DNA of 64,000 nucleotides from Escherichia coli (GTDB lineage Bacteria; Pseudomonadota; Gammaproteobacteria; Enterobacterales; Enterobacteriaceae): NCBI RefSeq assembly GCF_002854065.1, contig NZ_CP024147.1; one strand, 5' to 3'. Shown piece by piece: positions 12,449 to 23,541 of this stretch (position 1 is its first letter; each line of letters starts with the position of its first letter). The notes under the pieces were generated by a model. It saw only the letters and a program-made list of their open reading frames with translations, ran no database searches and was not told where the DNA came from. The position numbers and the translations under genes were made by a program.

Positions 12449-13198
12449 TTAAATGTCAACGACGTGAACGGTGAGTTTACTGTGCTCAAGATGCATCAGA
12501 TCGCTGGCGCGTATTTTCGAATCGGTAATCACGCGATTGAATCGTTCAACGGGACCGATGGAGTATGAATGTACAGCACCAAATTTCGAGCTGTCAGTCA
12601 GGACTATCGCTTCGCACTCTTTTTCCAGCACGGCATTCACCACATCGGTACGCATCATATCGCGACCGGTGAATCCAGTTTCAGGTTGCCAGCCATCAAT
12701 ACCAATAAATGCTTTGCTGAAATGTACATGTTGGATGCACTGGCGTGTCAACGGGCCAACCATACTTTCGCTTTTTTTCTGGTACACGCCACCGAGCAAA
12801 ATGACTTCACAAGGCGCGTCTTTCAGCAAATGCGCGATGTAGCTGCTGACCGTGATGATAGTGACATTTTTCTTCTGCTCCCCCAGAGTCCGGGCGAGCA
12901 GGGCATTGCTGCTGCCATTTTCGATAAAGATGGTTTCGCCCGGTTGAACCAGCGACGCGGCAAACTCGGCGAGTTCACGCTTCAGCGTATAGTTGCTCAT
13001 CATACGGGTTTCGACGTCATCACTATCAAGCGAAACTGCAAAGCCATGTGCACGGCGGAGGTAACTCAGTTTTTCGAGGGTGTTGAGATCCTGGCGAATG
13101 GTAACTTCAGAAACTCCAGTGGCTTTTGCCAGATCGGTTACGCTAACCTGACCCTGGTCAATGACCATCTGTAGAATAGTTTGTTGTCGGGAATTCAT
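12449..13198 (-). CDS. yciT: DeoR-family transcriptional regulator
   Basis: 249-aa ORF; N-terminal DeoR helix-turn-helix and C-terminal sugar-phosphate-binding domain. Confidence 0.85.
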   Translation of the reverse strand: MNSRQQTILQMVIDQGQVSVTDLAKATGVSEVTIRQDLNTLEKLSYLRRAHGFAVSLDSDDVETRMMSNYTLKRELAEFAASLVQPGETIFIENGSSNALLARTLGEQKKNVTIITVSSYIAHLLKDAPCEVILLGGVYQKKSESMVGPLTRQCIQHVHFSKAFIGIDGWQPETGFTGRDMMRTDVVNAVLEKECEAIVLTDSSKFGAVHSYSIGPVERFNRVITDSKIRASDLMHLEHSKLTVHVVDI

Positions 13199-13287
13199 CG
13201 CTGTAATTCTTATAACGTTATAATACTAAATAAAAAAATACTGACGCGCCGGGCATCCTCAAATAGGAAAACCTGAAGGCACGATTG

Positions 13288-13461
13288 TTAAATCTCCCAC
13301 GGTGCCTTCGGGATGTCTGGCGTAGATTCAGCAACCTGGCGCAAGAGTTCTGCTTTAAGTATCTCGAGATTATGGATCGCAGAGTGGTAATCGCCTGCCA
13401 CAAGGATATCTAACACAATATCAATACGTTCGGCAACGCGCTGGACATCAAATTCAGACAT
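13288..13461 (-). CDS. yciZ: Small UPF0509-family protein
   Basis: 57-aa product from the internal Met ([16 protein letters not shown]...); position matches K-12. Confidence 0.6.
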   Translation of the reverse strand: MSEFDVQRVAERIDIVLDILVAGDYHSAIHNLEILKAELLRQVAESTPDIPKAPWEI

Positions 13462-13608
13462 CAAGGACATCCTTATAGCAAAAGGGGGAAAATGAATAAT
13501 GCAAAAATTGCCGCTAAAAGAGAAGTGTTTAACAGCAACGGCTAATTATCATCCGGGAATACGATATATAATGACGGAATATAGCGCTAAGTATATATAT
13601 TCATCTAC

Positions 13609-15594
13609 TTATGCGCGCTTCAGATAGCGTTTATACCAGCGTTCGAAGGCGACGGCGGGCATCGGTTTGGCAAACAAAAATCCTTGCCGCTCATTGATCC
13701 CATTCTTGGTTAAAAAAGCATCTTCCTTTGCACTCTCTACACCTTCGGCGATCATCTGAAGATTCAATGCCTGGGCCACAGCGACGATTGCCCGAACCAG
13801 TGACTGCGAGACAGGTTGTTTGTGAATATCTCGAACAAAAACCTGGTCAAGTTTGATGGCATCGATCGGAAAGCGCGCCAGTTGCGAAAGTGAAGAGTAG
13901 CCGGTACCAAAATCATCCAGATGCACTTGCGCACCTAGTTGGCTAAATTGTTGAATAACAGACAGTGCCAGTTCATCATTCTCAATCAGACAACTCTCTG
14001 TCAATTCAACATCAATAGGGCAGTATTCAAAATTGAGTTCCTGGAGAACCTGTTTCAGGGCGGTGAAAATGGTTTGATCGGCGAGCTGACGTGCAGAAAT
14101 GTTTACCGCCACTCGCAGGTTAATGCCTTTATCCCGCCACTTCGCCACCTGGCGTACGACATCGAGAATCACCCAACGGCCTAAAGGCACAATTAGCCCT
14201 GACTCTTCTGCGTAGGAAATGAAGTCCAATGGTGGAATCAACCCACGTTCAGGTGACTGCCAACGTACTAGTGCTTCCAGACTGCGCACTTCGCCACGCC
14301 AGGTGATTTTCGGTTGATAGTGAATAACCAACTGATCGTTTTCCAGTGCTTTACGCAAGTTGGTATCCAGCCAGAGATATTCAAATACCCGTTGATTCAT
14401 TTCTGGGGTAAAAACGCAAAATTGTCCTCGTCCGCCTTCCTTTACTGTGTACATTGCTGTGTCGGCGTGACGAATAATAGCCGCGCTGTCCGAACCATGT
14501 TCGGGAGAGAGTGCAATACCTACTGAACAGCTGGTATAAACTTCAATTAAACCAATACGAAAGGGGAGGCGTAAGCGGGTCAAAATTCGTGATGCCATTG
14601 CTTCCAGCGCGCTTTGTGAGGTGTTGGATGCCAGTACCAGAAACTCATCGCCACCTGGACGCGCCAACACCTGGTCATGTTCGAGACAGCTTAAAATAGC
14701 CAATGACACGTCGCGTAATAACTGGTCACCAAACAAATGCCCATAGGCGTCGTTGACCTTTTTAAAATTATCCAAATCAAGATACACAACCCCAACTTTA
14801 TTGTTATCTGCATGATTAATAGCGTGATCGATTAACTCCTGCATTGCGTTACGATTCGGCAGTCCGGTAATACTGTCGGTATTTGCCAGAATACGCAGTC
14901 GCTCCTGAGCGCGGCGCTCTTCGGTAATGTCGGTGCCGGAACAGATTAAAAAAATCTCGTTTTTGCCACTGCCGCTGTGGACAAATTTATTGCGAAACAG
15001 AAACAGCCGCTGGCCTTTACGTGTTGGTATCCACAGTTCGACTTCATATGCATTGCCGCTTCGAAAAAATACACGGTTATTGCGCCTGGATGCCGCAGCT
15101 TCACGACGGCTCATAAACAGTTTAAACACGCTTTGGCCAATGACGTCGTGTTCGTTCAACCCTGTGTAATCTTCACATAACCGATTGAAACGTTGGATAT
15201 TCCCCCGGCTGTCGAGAATGACTATTGCGGAATGTGCTTCAGAAACTACCTGCTCAGCAAAGGAAAGCCCGTGTGATAAATCACGAGCAACTGCCGGTGT
15301 GTCATGCCATGCAGACGCGTTGCCAGCCCATTCCCGTTTATTGATTTTTCGTCCTACCAGATGCACAGAAAGATCGCTTTCATCGACGGTCAGACTCATC
15401 ATCAGACTAGAAGTGATGACCGTCATTTCCCTGATTCGAGCAGCCTGTTCGGCAGATAACTGCAACGTACGTTCAGGTTCTGTGGTTTCGGTGGTAGAAA
15501 AGCGCAAAACATCGCTGCTTTCCGTCAACCGCCAGTATGGATTGTGCGATCCGAGAAAGTTGTACAACGTTGTGGACTCCCTAACGGTTTTCAT
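13609..15594 (-). CDS. pdeR: Cyclic di-GMP phosphodiesterase PdeR (Gmr), PAS-GGDEF-EAL
   Basis: 661-aa ORF with a degenerate GGDEF domain and an EAL domain. Confidence 0.9.
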   Translation of the reverse strand: MKTVRESTTLYNFLGSHNPYWRLTESSDVLRFSTTETTEPERTLQLSAEQAARIREMTVITSSLMMSLTVDESDLSVHLVGRKINKREWAGNASAWHDTPAVARDLSHGLSFAEQVVSEAHSAIVILDSRGNIQRFNRLCEDYTGLNEHDVIGQSVFKLFMSRREAAASRRNNRVFFRSGNAYEVELWIPTRKGQRLFLFRNKFVHSGSGKNEIFLICSGTDITEERRAQERLRILANTDSITGLPNRNAMQELIDHAINHADNNKVGVVYLDLDNFKKVNDAYGHLFGDQLLRDVSLAILSCLEHDQVLARPGGDEFLVLASNTSQSALEAMASRILTRLRLPFRIGLIEVYTSCSVGIALSPEHGSDSAAIIRHADTAMYTVKEGGRGQFCVFTPEMNQRVFEYLWLDTNLRKALENDQLVIHYQPKITWRGEVRSLEALVRWQSPERGLIPPLDFISYAEESGLIVPLGRWVILDVVRQVAKWRDKGINLRVAVNISARQLADQTIFTALKQVLQELNFEYCPIDVELTESCLIENDELALSVIQQFSQLGAQVHLDDFGTGYSSLSQLARFPIDAIKLDQVFVRDIHKQPVSQSLVRAIVAVAQALNLQMIAEGVESAKEDAFLTKNGINERQGFLFAKPMPAVAFERWYKRYLKRA

Positions 15595-15829
15595 GATGCA
15601 TATCCTCCGGTTAACTGCGGAGTCCGCGGTTAAATAAAAGGAACAACATGACTTACATGAAATTAACGGCGGCTAAACGCATTGTTTTTTTTATATATTT
15701 ATTTGTAATCCAGTTTTGGAAAAAAGCCAGTTTTCAAACGAAAGTCAGTTAAAAAATCTGCCTGGATATAACGAAGGTAGAGCGGGGAAATAAACGGCCC
15801 ATTCATGAGGAATGGGCCGTGAAAGGAGA

Positions 15830-17764
15830 TTACGCGGCCGGGCGCGCAATAATGCTGCGGGTTTCCATGCGGACTTCGGCAATGGTGACGTCAATAACGT
15901 CAGTCACTTTATAAACCGTTTCACCTTTAATTTGTACGGTGCCGTTTTCCTGGCTGCAAACCATTTCATCGCGCACAGCGTGTAAGAAAGGTGCAGGAAT
16001 AAAGGCGATAGCGCCGTTATCAACCAAACGAACACGCATGCCGCCACGGCTGATATCGACAATTTCCGCTGCGAAACGGGTGTCGGTCCCGGCTTTGTCT
16101 TTCAGGAAGCGTGCGTATAACCAGTCACCAACATCACGTTCTGCCATCCGGTTGAGACGGCGACGCTCGGCCATTTGGACAGTGATTTCATCCTGTGGGC
16201 GCGTCGCAGTTTCACCTTTGATAACCGCTTTCAGCAGACGGTGGTTGATCATGTCGCCATATTTACGGATCGGCGAAGTCCAGGTGGCGTATGCCTCCAG
16301 ACCGAGGCCAAAGTGAGGACCGGGTTCAGTGCTAATTTCAGCAAATGACTGGAAGCGACGAATGCGGCTGTCGAGGAAACCAGTTGGTTGCGCGTCCAGT
16401 TCACGACGCAGTTTGCAGAAACCGTCCAGCGTGAGCACTTCTTCGGCATCGACATGCAGACCGTGCGTTTTCAGCAACGCTGCCAGCGCGTCGGCATTCG
16501 CCGGATCAAAGCCCATATGCACGTTATAGATGCCAAAACCGAGCTTATCGCGCAGTACGCGGGCCGCACAAATGTTAGCGGCAATCATCGCTTCTTCGAC
16601 GATACGGTTGGCAATGCGACGAGGCTCGGCGACGATATCCAGCACTTCACCTTTTTCACCGAGAATAAAGCGGTAATCCGGGCGATCTTTAAACACCAGT
16701 GCGTGGTTATGACGCCACTCGCCGCGGCGTTGGCAAATTTGCGCTAGCAAACGGACTTGTTCGGCAATTGCTTCACTTTCAGGCTGCCAGTCACCGGTAT
16801 TTTCCAGCCAGTCAGAAACCTGGTCATACACCAGCTTCGCTTTGGATTCGATGGTGGCGGCAAAGAATTCGATATTATCTTCAATGGTGCCATCAGCGGA
16901 GAGCGTCATGCGGCATGCCAGTACTGGGCGGACTTCATTGGCGCGCAGTGAGCAGAGATCGTCAGAAAGCTCGCGAGGCAGCATAGGGATGTTGAAGCCA
17001 GGCAGATAGTTGGTGAATGCGCGAATTTTCGCGGCTTTGTCCAGTTTGCTGCCTTCAGCAATCCACGCGGTTGGATCGGCAATCGCCACAATCAGCTGAA
17101 GTTTGTCATCCGGCAACGCCTTAGCGAAAAGGGCGTCATCCATATCTTCTGTGCTGGCACTGTCGATGGTGACAAAATCCAGCGCGGTCAGATCTTTACG
17201 AACCAGACCTTCATCGAGCATTTCGGTAGCGACGCCGTCTGGTGCTTCTTTTTCCAGATTATGGCGCGCAAGGGTAACCCACCACGGTACAAAGTGGTCG
17301 TCACCAAAAGTGATGTATTGTGTCAGTTCAGCATAGAAAGAACGATCGCCTTTCAGCGGATGACGGCGCATTTCGGCAACTGCCCAGTCGCCTTCTTTAA
17401 ACTCATGGTTCAGACCACGGGCTGCGCGGCAAGGAATGGCGTCTTTTAAGAGTGGATGATCAGGAACGATGGCCAGACGGTCATTTTTGCCCTGAACTTT
17501 ACCCACGAAACGAGTCAGAAACGGTTCAACTAGTTCTTCTGGCTCTGCGGATTCACGTTCTTTTTCACTGTGGATCACCGCGATAATTCGGTCGCCATGC
17601 ATGACTTTTTTCATCTGCGGCGGCGGAATGAAATAACTTTTTTGCGCGTCGACTTCCAGGAAGCCAAAACCTTTTTCTGTGGCTTTTACCACCCCTTCAG
17701 CGCGTGGCGTCTGGGAATGCAGTTGCTGTTTAAGCTGCGCTAGCAGCGGGTTGTCCTGAAACAT
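15830..17764 (-). CDS. rnb: Exoribonuclease II
   Basis: 644-aa ORF; RNB catalytic domain and C-terminal S1 domain. Confidence 0.95.
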   Translation of the reverse strand: MFQDNPLLAQLKQQLHSQTPRAEGVVKATEKGFGFLEVDAQKSYFIPPPQMKKVMHGDRIIAVIHSEKERESAEPEELVEPFLTRFVGKVQGKNDRLAIVPDHPLLKDAIPCRAARGLNHEFKEGDWAVAEMRRHPLKGDRSFYAELTQYITFGDDHFVPWWVTLARHNLEKEAPDGVATEMLDEGLVRKDLTALDFVTIDSASTEDMDDALFAKALPDDKLQLIVAIADPTAWIAEGSKLDKAAKIRAFTNYLPGFNIPMLPRELSDDLCSLRANEVRPVLACRMTLSADGTIEDNIEFFAATIESKAKLVYDQVSDWLENTGDWQPESEAIAEQVRLLAQICQRRGEWRHNHALVFKDRPDYRFILGEKGEVLDIVAEPRRIANRIVEEAMIAANICAARVLRDKLGFGIYNVHMGFDPANADALAALLKTHGLHVDAEEVLTLDGFCKLRRELDAQPTGFLDSRIRRFQSFAEISTEPGPHFGLGLEAYATWTSPIRKYGDMINHRLLKAVIKGETATRPQDEITVQMAERRRLNRMAERDVGDWLYARFLKDKAGTDTRFAAEIVDISRGGMRVRLVDNGAIAFIPAPFLHAVRDEMVCSQENGTVQIKGETVYKVTDVIDVTIAEVRMETRSIIARPAA

Positions 17765-17831
17765 AATTGTCTATTTTGGTGGCCATTAGAGCGGCTGACA
17801 GTTTTACGCGAATCTGTCTGACGCGGCAAGG

Positions 17832-18959
17832 TTAATATGTCTCACCCAACGCGATTTTTAAGCGATTTATCCAGCCACACAGCCCGCTCCATACCAGCAG
17901 ATTAATAATCTGCGTTGATGATTTTTCGTGTTCGAGTAAAGGGCTGAACTGGGCGGCGCTAAAGCGATCGGGTGCTCGGGTCAGCCATTGTATCGCCTGA
18001 ACGGTAGCGCGCTCAACAGAATGACGGTCAGCCCATTGGTTAATTTCATTTTCGCCCTTGCGCAGAAGGGTGCTGATTTTTTTATATTCATTTGATGAAT
18101 CCATACAGGTGGCAAAACAAGCAGGACTGCCATTTATACGCGCGCATAACAACGCCGCAAGCTGATTATCCGGCTGTGTATTGACCCGTGTGCTGTTTAA
18201 CAACTTTTCGAGAAGGGAAAGTGAAATAGGGTGGAGAGAGAGTATTTCGGCCAGTTGGCAAAGTTCTGCAGTTGAACTTTTTGTGTGCTCTTCAGGTAGT
18301 TTTTCCACCTCATAGCTGCTTCGCCAGCGTAATGATTCATCAGCAAACAGTGACGCGTCGGCGTAGTTTTGTATCTCCAGCCCGGGTAACCAGCGTACCG
18401 GATGCCCGAGATAAGCCTGAAATGTCGCAATTGTCCGCGCCTGAAAGCCAATAAAACCAATGATTTGGTTAATGATCACACAGTCCCAGGCAGTAAGACC
18501 GACGTCATTCAGATGCTGGCGCGATCGGTTGTCGATAATAGAAGGCGAGCTAGCCAGTTGGCGGGCATATTGCGTGATTTGTGCCAACCGATGATTACTT
18601 TCCCTGGAGGAATCAGGCCCGGGGAGCGGCGTAAGTCGCGCCGAATAGTAGTTACATAACCGCTGGACGCCGCAAACCTGAGCAACCGTCAGGGCCGTCG
18701 ACAAGCGTTCATAAGCGGTGAAGGTCTGTGAACGGGTCACGGTAAGCTGGTCAGGGAACAAATCCACTGCAAGAACACGCGCAGGGTCCAGCCATGAAAG
18801 GAAGGGGGCCAGCGTTTCTTTTTCAAGGATCACGTCGAGTAGAAAGGGATCGCTGACCTTTGCGGCTTCCGGGACCAGAGGCAGAACGTCATACTCCGTA
18901 GTACTGGATTGCGTTTCATGATACCAGTGGCTTTTGCCGGTGATGTGGCGTTGTTCCAT
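17832..18959 (-). CDS. yciW: Uncharacterised protein YciW
   Basis: 375-aa product from the Met at 18959 (MEQRHITGK...); ORF-track frame extends to 19037. Confidence 0.8.
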   Translation of the reverse strand: MEQRHITGKSHWYHETQSSTTEYDVLPLVPEAAKVSDPFLLDVILEKETLAPFLSWLDPARVLAVDLFPDQLTVTRSQTFTAYERLSTALTVAQVCGVQRLCNYYSARLTPLPGPDSSRESNHRLAQITQYARQLASSPSIIDNRSRQHLNDVGLTAWDCVIINQIIGFIGFQARTIATFQAYLGHPVRWLPGLEIQNYADASLFADESLRWRSSYEVEKLPEEHTKSSTAELCQLAEILSLHPISLSLLEKLLNSTRVNTQPDNQLAALLCARINGSPACFATCMDSSNEYKKISTLLRKGENEINQWADRHSVERATVQAIQWLTRAPDRFSAAQFSPLLEHEKSSTQIINLLVWSGLCGWINRLKIALGETY

Positions 18960-19064
18960 GGGCGCTCCTTGGTCGTAAAGGAAATCGTTATCCTGACGCA
19001 AGGCGGGAAGGCGAGAAAGACGGATCGGCGATAACAAATATCAGAAAGGTATAACAGAGATAAC

Positions 19065-19083
19065 GGGCGGCAGAACGCCGCCC
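19065..19083 (-). terminator. Hairpin downstream of fabI
   Basis: GGGCGGC-AGAAC-GCCGCCC stem-loop 20 bp after the fabI stop; weak U-tract. Confidence 0.4.
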
Positions 19084-19102
19084 ATCTTTACCAACAGAAC
19101 GA

Positions 19103-19891
19103 TTATTTCAGTTCGAGTTCGTTCATTGCAGCAATGCTGAAACCGCCGTCAACGTGGACCACTTCACCGGAGATACCGGCAGAGAGATCGGAGCACAGGA
19201 ATGCCGCAGAGTTACCCACATCTTCAATAGTAACGGTACGGCGAATCGGGGTAACGGCTTCGCAATGAGCCAGCATTTTGCGGAAGTCCTTGATACCGGA
19301 GGCCGCCAGAGTACGGATCGGACCAGCAGAGATGGCGTTAACACGCACACCTTCCGGACCCATCGCGTTCGCCATATAGCGCACGTTCGCTTCCAGAGAC
19401 GCTTTTGCCAGACCCATAACGTTGTAGTTCGGGATAGCGCGCTCAGCGCCAAGGTAGGAAAGGGTCAGCAGGGCAGAACCCGGATTCAGCATGGAGCGGC
19501 AAGCTTTTGCCATTGCAACGAAGCTGTAGGAGCTGATGTCGTGGGCAATTTTGAAGCCTTCACGAGTAACGGCGTTAACATAGTCACCATCCAGCTGATC
19601 GCCAGGTGCAAAACCAATAGAGTGTACGAAACCGTCAAACTTCGGCCAAACTTTCCCCAGTTCAGCGAACATGGTGTCGATGCTGGCATCTTCGGCAACA
19701 TCGCACTGCAGAACGATGTCAGAACCCAATTGAGCGGCAAATTCTTCTACGCGGCCTTTCAGTTTGTCGTTCTGGTAGGTGAATGCCAGTTCAGCTCCTT
19801 CGCGGTGCATCGCCTGAGCGATACCGTAGGCGATGGACAGTTTGCTGGCAACACCGGTTACCAGAATGCGCTTACCGGAAAGAAAACCCAT
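19103..19891 (-). CDS. fabI: Enoyl-ACP reductase (NADH)
   Basis: 262-aa ORF; Rossmann N-terminus ([11 protein letters not shown]) and FabI Y-x6-K catalytic motif. Confidence 0.95.
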
Positions 19892-20191
19892 AGCTTTAAT
19901 CCTTATTGTTGATGCTTGTTGTGCCTGAAAATCAGGCGATTCGTCGTTTTAGTAAACAGTACGAACAGATAAACGGTTATTATAATCAACCTGGCTGTGG
20001 GTGGCTATAGTTGCGCTTTCTGTACCGGAGAGAAGCTGCGGTACAGAGCATTTTGCGTTATCTACTCTTGACGCCTGCAAGGGGTAGGTTGGGGAAATAT
20101 TAGACTGGCCCCCTGAATCTCCAGACAACCAATATCACTTAAATAAGTGATAGTCTTAATACTAGTTTTTAGACTAGTCATTGGAGAACAG

Positions 20192-20557
20192 ATGATTGAT
20201 GTCTTAGGGCCGGAGAAACGCAGACGGCGTACCACACAGGAAAAGATCGCAATTGTTCAGCAGAGCTTTGAACCGGGGATGACGGTCTCCCTCGTTGCCC
20301 GGCAACATGGTGTAGCAGCCAGCCAGTTATTTCTCTGGCGTAAGCAATACCAGGAAGGAAGTCTTACTGCTGTCGCCGCCGGAGAACAGGTTGTTCCTGC
20401 CTCTGAACTTGCTGCCGCCATGAAGCAGATTAAAGAACTCCAGCGCCTGCTCGGCAAGAAAACGATGGAAAATGAACTCCTCAAAGAAGCCGTTGAATAT
20501 GGACGGGCAAAAAAGTGGATAGCGCACGCGCCCTTATTGCCCGGGGATGGGGAGTAA
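20192..20557 (+). CDS. insC: IS2 OrfA (InsC)
   Basis: 121-aa helix-turn-helix protein from ATG 20192; A6G slippery site at 20509-20515. Confidence 0.9.
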
Positions 20558-21420
20558 GCTTAGTCAGCCGTTGTCTCCGGGTGTCGCGTGCGCAGTTGCA
20601 CGTCATTCTCAGACGAACCGATGACTGGATGGATGGCCGCCGCAGTCGTCACACTGATGATACGGATGTGCTTCTCCGTATACACCATGTTATCGGAGAG
20701 CTGCCCACGTATGGTTATCGTCGGGTATGGGCGCTGCTTCGCAGACAGGCAGAACTTGATGGTATGCCTGCGATCAATGCCAAACGTGTTTACCGGATCA
20801 TGCGCCAGAATGCGCTGTTGCTTGAGCGAAAACCTGCTGTACCGCCATCGAAACGGGCACATACAGGCAGAGTGGCCGTGAAAGAAAGCAATCAGCGATG
20901 GTGCTCTGACGGGTTCGAGTTCTGCTGTGATAACGGAGAGAGACTGCGTGTCACGTTCGCGCTGGACTGCTGTGATCGTGAGGCACTGCACTGGGCGGTC
21001 ACTACCGGCGGCTTCAACAGTGAAACAGTACAGGACGTCATGCTGGGAGCGGTGGAACGCCGCTTCGGCAACGATCTTCCGTCGTCTCCAGTGGAGTGGC
21101 TGACGGATAATGGTTCATGCTACCGGGCTAATGAAACACGCCAGTTCGCCCGGATGTTGGGACTTGAACCGAAGAACACGGCGGTGCGGAGTCCGGAGAG
21201 TAACGGAATAGCAGAGAGCTTCGTGAAAACGATAAAGCGTGACTACATCAGTATCATGCCCAAACCAGACGGGTTAACGGCAGCAAAGAACCTTGCAGAG
21301 GCGTTCGAGCATTATAACGAATGGCATCCGCATAGTGCGCTGGGTTATCGCTCGCCACGGGAATATCTGCGGCAGCGGGCTTGTAATGGGTTAAGTGATA
21401 ACAGATGTCTGGAAATATAG
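20515..21420 (+). CDS. insD: IS2 OrfB (InsD; DDE transposase, made as OrfAB by -1 frameshift)
   Basis: 301-aa ORF overlapping insC in the -1 frame, as is typical of IS3-family orfB. Confidence 0.9.
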
Positions 21421-21704
21421 GGGCAAATCCAAATATCTTATAGAATCTGACTATGAAACTATTCGTATTAGCTCCGATAAGTTTGATGATGAAAACAGAA
21501 CTGGCGACAACAAGTAGCAGCCTTTCTGATGAATTGACCCCAACTTAATATTGTCAACTATCTTCACAGAATCTCCACAATCTCTTCATTATCAGAATAT
21601 GCACCATGAATAAGATAAAAATACTTTCCATTACTTTGGAGAAACGTATAATCAGCAAAAATGAGAACGATCATTCTCACTAAGTGATAGGCCAGGAGAC
21701 AGAA

Positions 21705-22271
21705 ATGACCAGCAAGCTGGAGATACGCCACAAACAGCGTCAGGATGAAATCATTAACGCCGCCCGTCGGTGTTTTCGTCGCTGCGGGTTTCATGCCGCC
21801 AGTATGTCGCAAATTGCCAGTGAAGCTCAGCTTAGCGTGGGTCAGATATATCGTTACTTCGCCAACAAAGACGCCATTATTGAAGAGATGGTTCGCCGTA
21901 TCATCGACTTTCGTATTGCCCAAATGGACATTGAGGCGCGTACCGATCACTTCCCGGAAGTCCTTGCCTTGCGTAAATCCTTAAATGAGGACGACGACGC
22001 GCTGATGCTGGAAGTGGCTGCAGAAGCCACACGCAACCCGCGGGTTATGGCAATGCTTGAAGAAGCTGACGCCAGAATGTTCGCTAACGGTTGTGCACAT
22101 ATGAAAAGAATGCATCCCCATCTTAGCGACGAGCACATTCGTTGCTGCGTTGAAGTGTTTGCTACCATGATGGAAGGTACGGTTTATCGTCGTTTAACAC
22201 CGCAAAAAAGCGATCCGCAACATCTGCAGGAAATATATCAGGATATTGTTAGTATGTTGATAAATAAATAA
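21705..22271 (+). CDS. TetR-family transcriptional regulator (accessory efflux locus)
   Basis: 188-aa product from ATG 21705 with SD AGGAGA at 21694-21699; N-terminal TetR helix-turn-helix (SMSQIASEAQLSVGQIYRYFANKDAI). No K-12 counterpart at this position (from memory). Confidence 0.8.
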   Translation: MTSKLEIRHKQRQDEIINAARRCFRRCGFHAASMSQIASEAQLSVGQIYRYFANKDAIIEEMVRRIIDFRIAQMDIEARTDHFPEVLALRKSLNEDDDALMLEVAAEATRNPRVMAMLEEADARMFANGCAHMKRMHPHLSDEHIRCCVEVFATMMEGTVYRRLTPQKSDPQHLQEIYQDIVSMLINK

Positions 22272-22291
22272 GAACAGAATTAACCAATAGC

Positions 22292-22319
22292 GGGGGATAT
22301 TAATCCCCCTTATTTCATT
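22292..22319 (+). terminator. Hairpin plus T-tract between the TetR gene and the pump genes
   Basis: GGGGGAT-ATTA-ATCCCCC followed by TTATTTCATT. Confidence 0.5.
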
Positions 22320-22392
22320 GCGAAATTCATTTCGCGATGCGGGTTCGTTATAACTGAATATCCCTGACATATCCTCATTAATTTTAATGAGG
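22320..22392 (+). promoter_or_regulatory. Candidate operator/promoter region of the pump operon (two perfect palindromes)
   Basis: GCGAAAT-TC-ATTTCGC (22320-22335) and CCTCATTAA-TT-TTAATGAGG (22373-22392), 28 bp upstream of the adaptor start. Confidence 0.4.
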
Positions 22393-22419
22393 AGGGTATT
22401 TCTCACCCTGGAGAAAATA

Positions 22420-23541
22420 ATGAAGTATATAGCAACATCTGTAGTGGCAATGCTGCTCTTATCTGGTTGTGATAATACGCAAAGTAACAATTCATCCCCG
22501 TCAGAAACAGAAGTCGGCGTTGTTACAGTCAAATCTCAACCGGTCTCGGTAGTCAGTGAATTAACCGGACGCACCAGTGCTGCGCTCAGTGCCGAAGTAC
22601 GTCCGCAGGTTGGGGGAATTATCCAGAAACGCTTATTTAAGGAGGGTGATCTGGTCAAGGCTGGACAGCCGCTCTACCAGATTGATGCGGCCAGTTATCA
22701 GGCTGCATGGAATGAAGCTTGGGCAGCATTACAACAAGCACAGGCACTGGTAAAAGCCGATTGCCAGAAAGCGCAGCGTTATGCCCGACTGATGAAAGAG
22801 AACGGTGTTTCACAACAGGATGCTGATGATGCTCAGTCTACCTGTGCACAAGATAAAGCCAGTGTAGAGGCGAAAAAAGCCGCACTGGAAACTGCGCGCA
22901 TTAATCTTGACTGGACCACGGTAACCGCACCGATTTCAGGGCGCATTGGCATTTCGTCGGTAACCCCTGGCGCACTGGTGACCGCGTCGCAAGATACAGC
23001 GTTAACGACTATTCGTGGTCTGGATACAATGTATGTCGACCTCACTCGCTCCAGTGTCGATTTATTACGTCTGCGTAAACAGTCACTGGCGACCAACAGT
23101 GACACCATGAGCGTCTCACTTATTCTGGAAGATGGCACAACCTACAGCGAAAAAGGGCGTCTGGAACTCACCGAAGTCGCTGTAGATGAGTCTACCGGTT
23201 CGGTGACATTACGGGCGATTTTCCCCAATCCACAACAGCAGTTATTACCGGGAATGTTTGTTCGCGCTCGTGTCGATGAAGGCGTGATGGAAGACGCTAT
23301 TCTCGCGCCGCAACAGGGCGTCACGCGCGATGCTAAAGGCAATGCAACTGCGCTGGTGGTGAATAAAGACAATAAAGTAGAGCAGCGAACGCTCGAAACG
23401 GGAGAAACATATGGTGATAAATGGCTGGTGCTAAACGGCCTGCACAACGGCGACCGACTGATTGTTGAAGGTTCTGCAAAAGTCACTTCAGGGCAGACGG
23501 TCAAGGCTGTTGAAGTTCAGGCTAATGGAGGCAACGCCTGA
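22420..23541 (+). CDS. RND efflux periplasmic adaptor (membrane fusion lipoprotein, AcrA/MexA-like)
   Basis: 373-aa product from ATG 22420; lipobox LLSGC; stop overlaps the RND start (TGATG). Confidence 0.85.
   Translation: MKYIATSVVAMLLLSGCDNTQSNNSSPSETEVGVVTVKSQPVSVVSELTGRTSAALSAEVRPQVGGIIQKRLFKEGDLVKAGQPLYQIDAASYQAAWNEAWAALQQAQALVKADCQKAQRYARLMKENGVSQQDADDAQSTCAQDKASVEAKKAALETARINLDWTTVTAPISGRIGISSVTPGALVTASQDTALTTIRGLDTMYVDLTRSSVDLLRLRKQSLATNSDTMSVSLILEDGTTYSEKGRLELTEVAVDESTGSVTLRAIFPNPQQQLLPGMFVRARVDEGVMEDAILAPQQGVTRDAKGNATALVVNKDNKVEQRTLETGETYGDKWLVLNGLHNGDRLIVEGSAKVTSGQTVKAVEVQANGGNA

Larger units (their letters stand above)
20101..21431 (+). mobile_element. IS2 insertion sequence (1331 bp, IS3 family)
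   Basis: Left end TAGACTGGCCCCCTGAATCTCCAGACAACC..., right end ...GGTTAAGTGATAACAGATGTCTGGAAATATAGGGGCAAATCCA; 5-bp direct repeat AATAT at 20096-20100 and 21432-21436. Confidence 0.95.

Noticed and set aside
12569..13174. 201-aa plus-strand ORF opposite yciT
   Set aside because: Antisense shadow of the DeoR-family yciT gene.
21564..21950. 128-aa ORF on the minus strand overlapping the TetR gene
   Set aside because: Antisense to a well-supported TetR helix-turn-helix ORF that has a good ribosome-binding site; no start context or recognisable domain.
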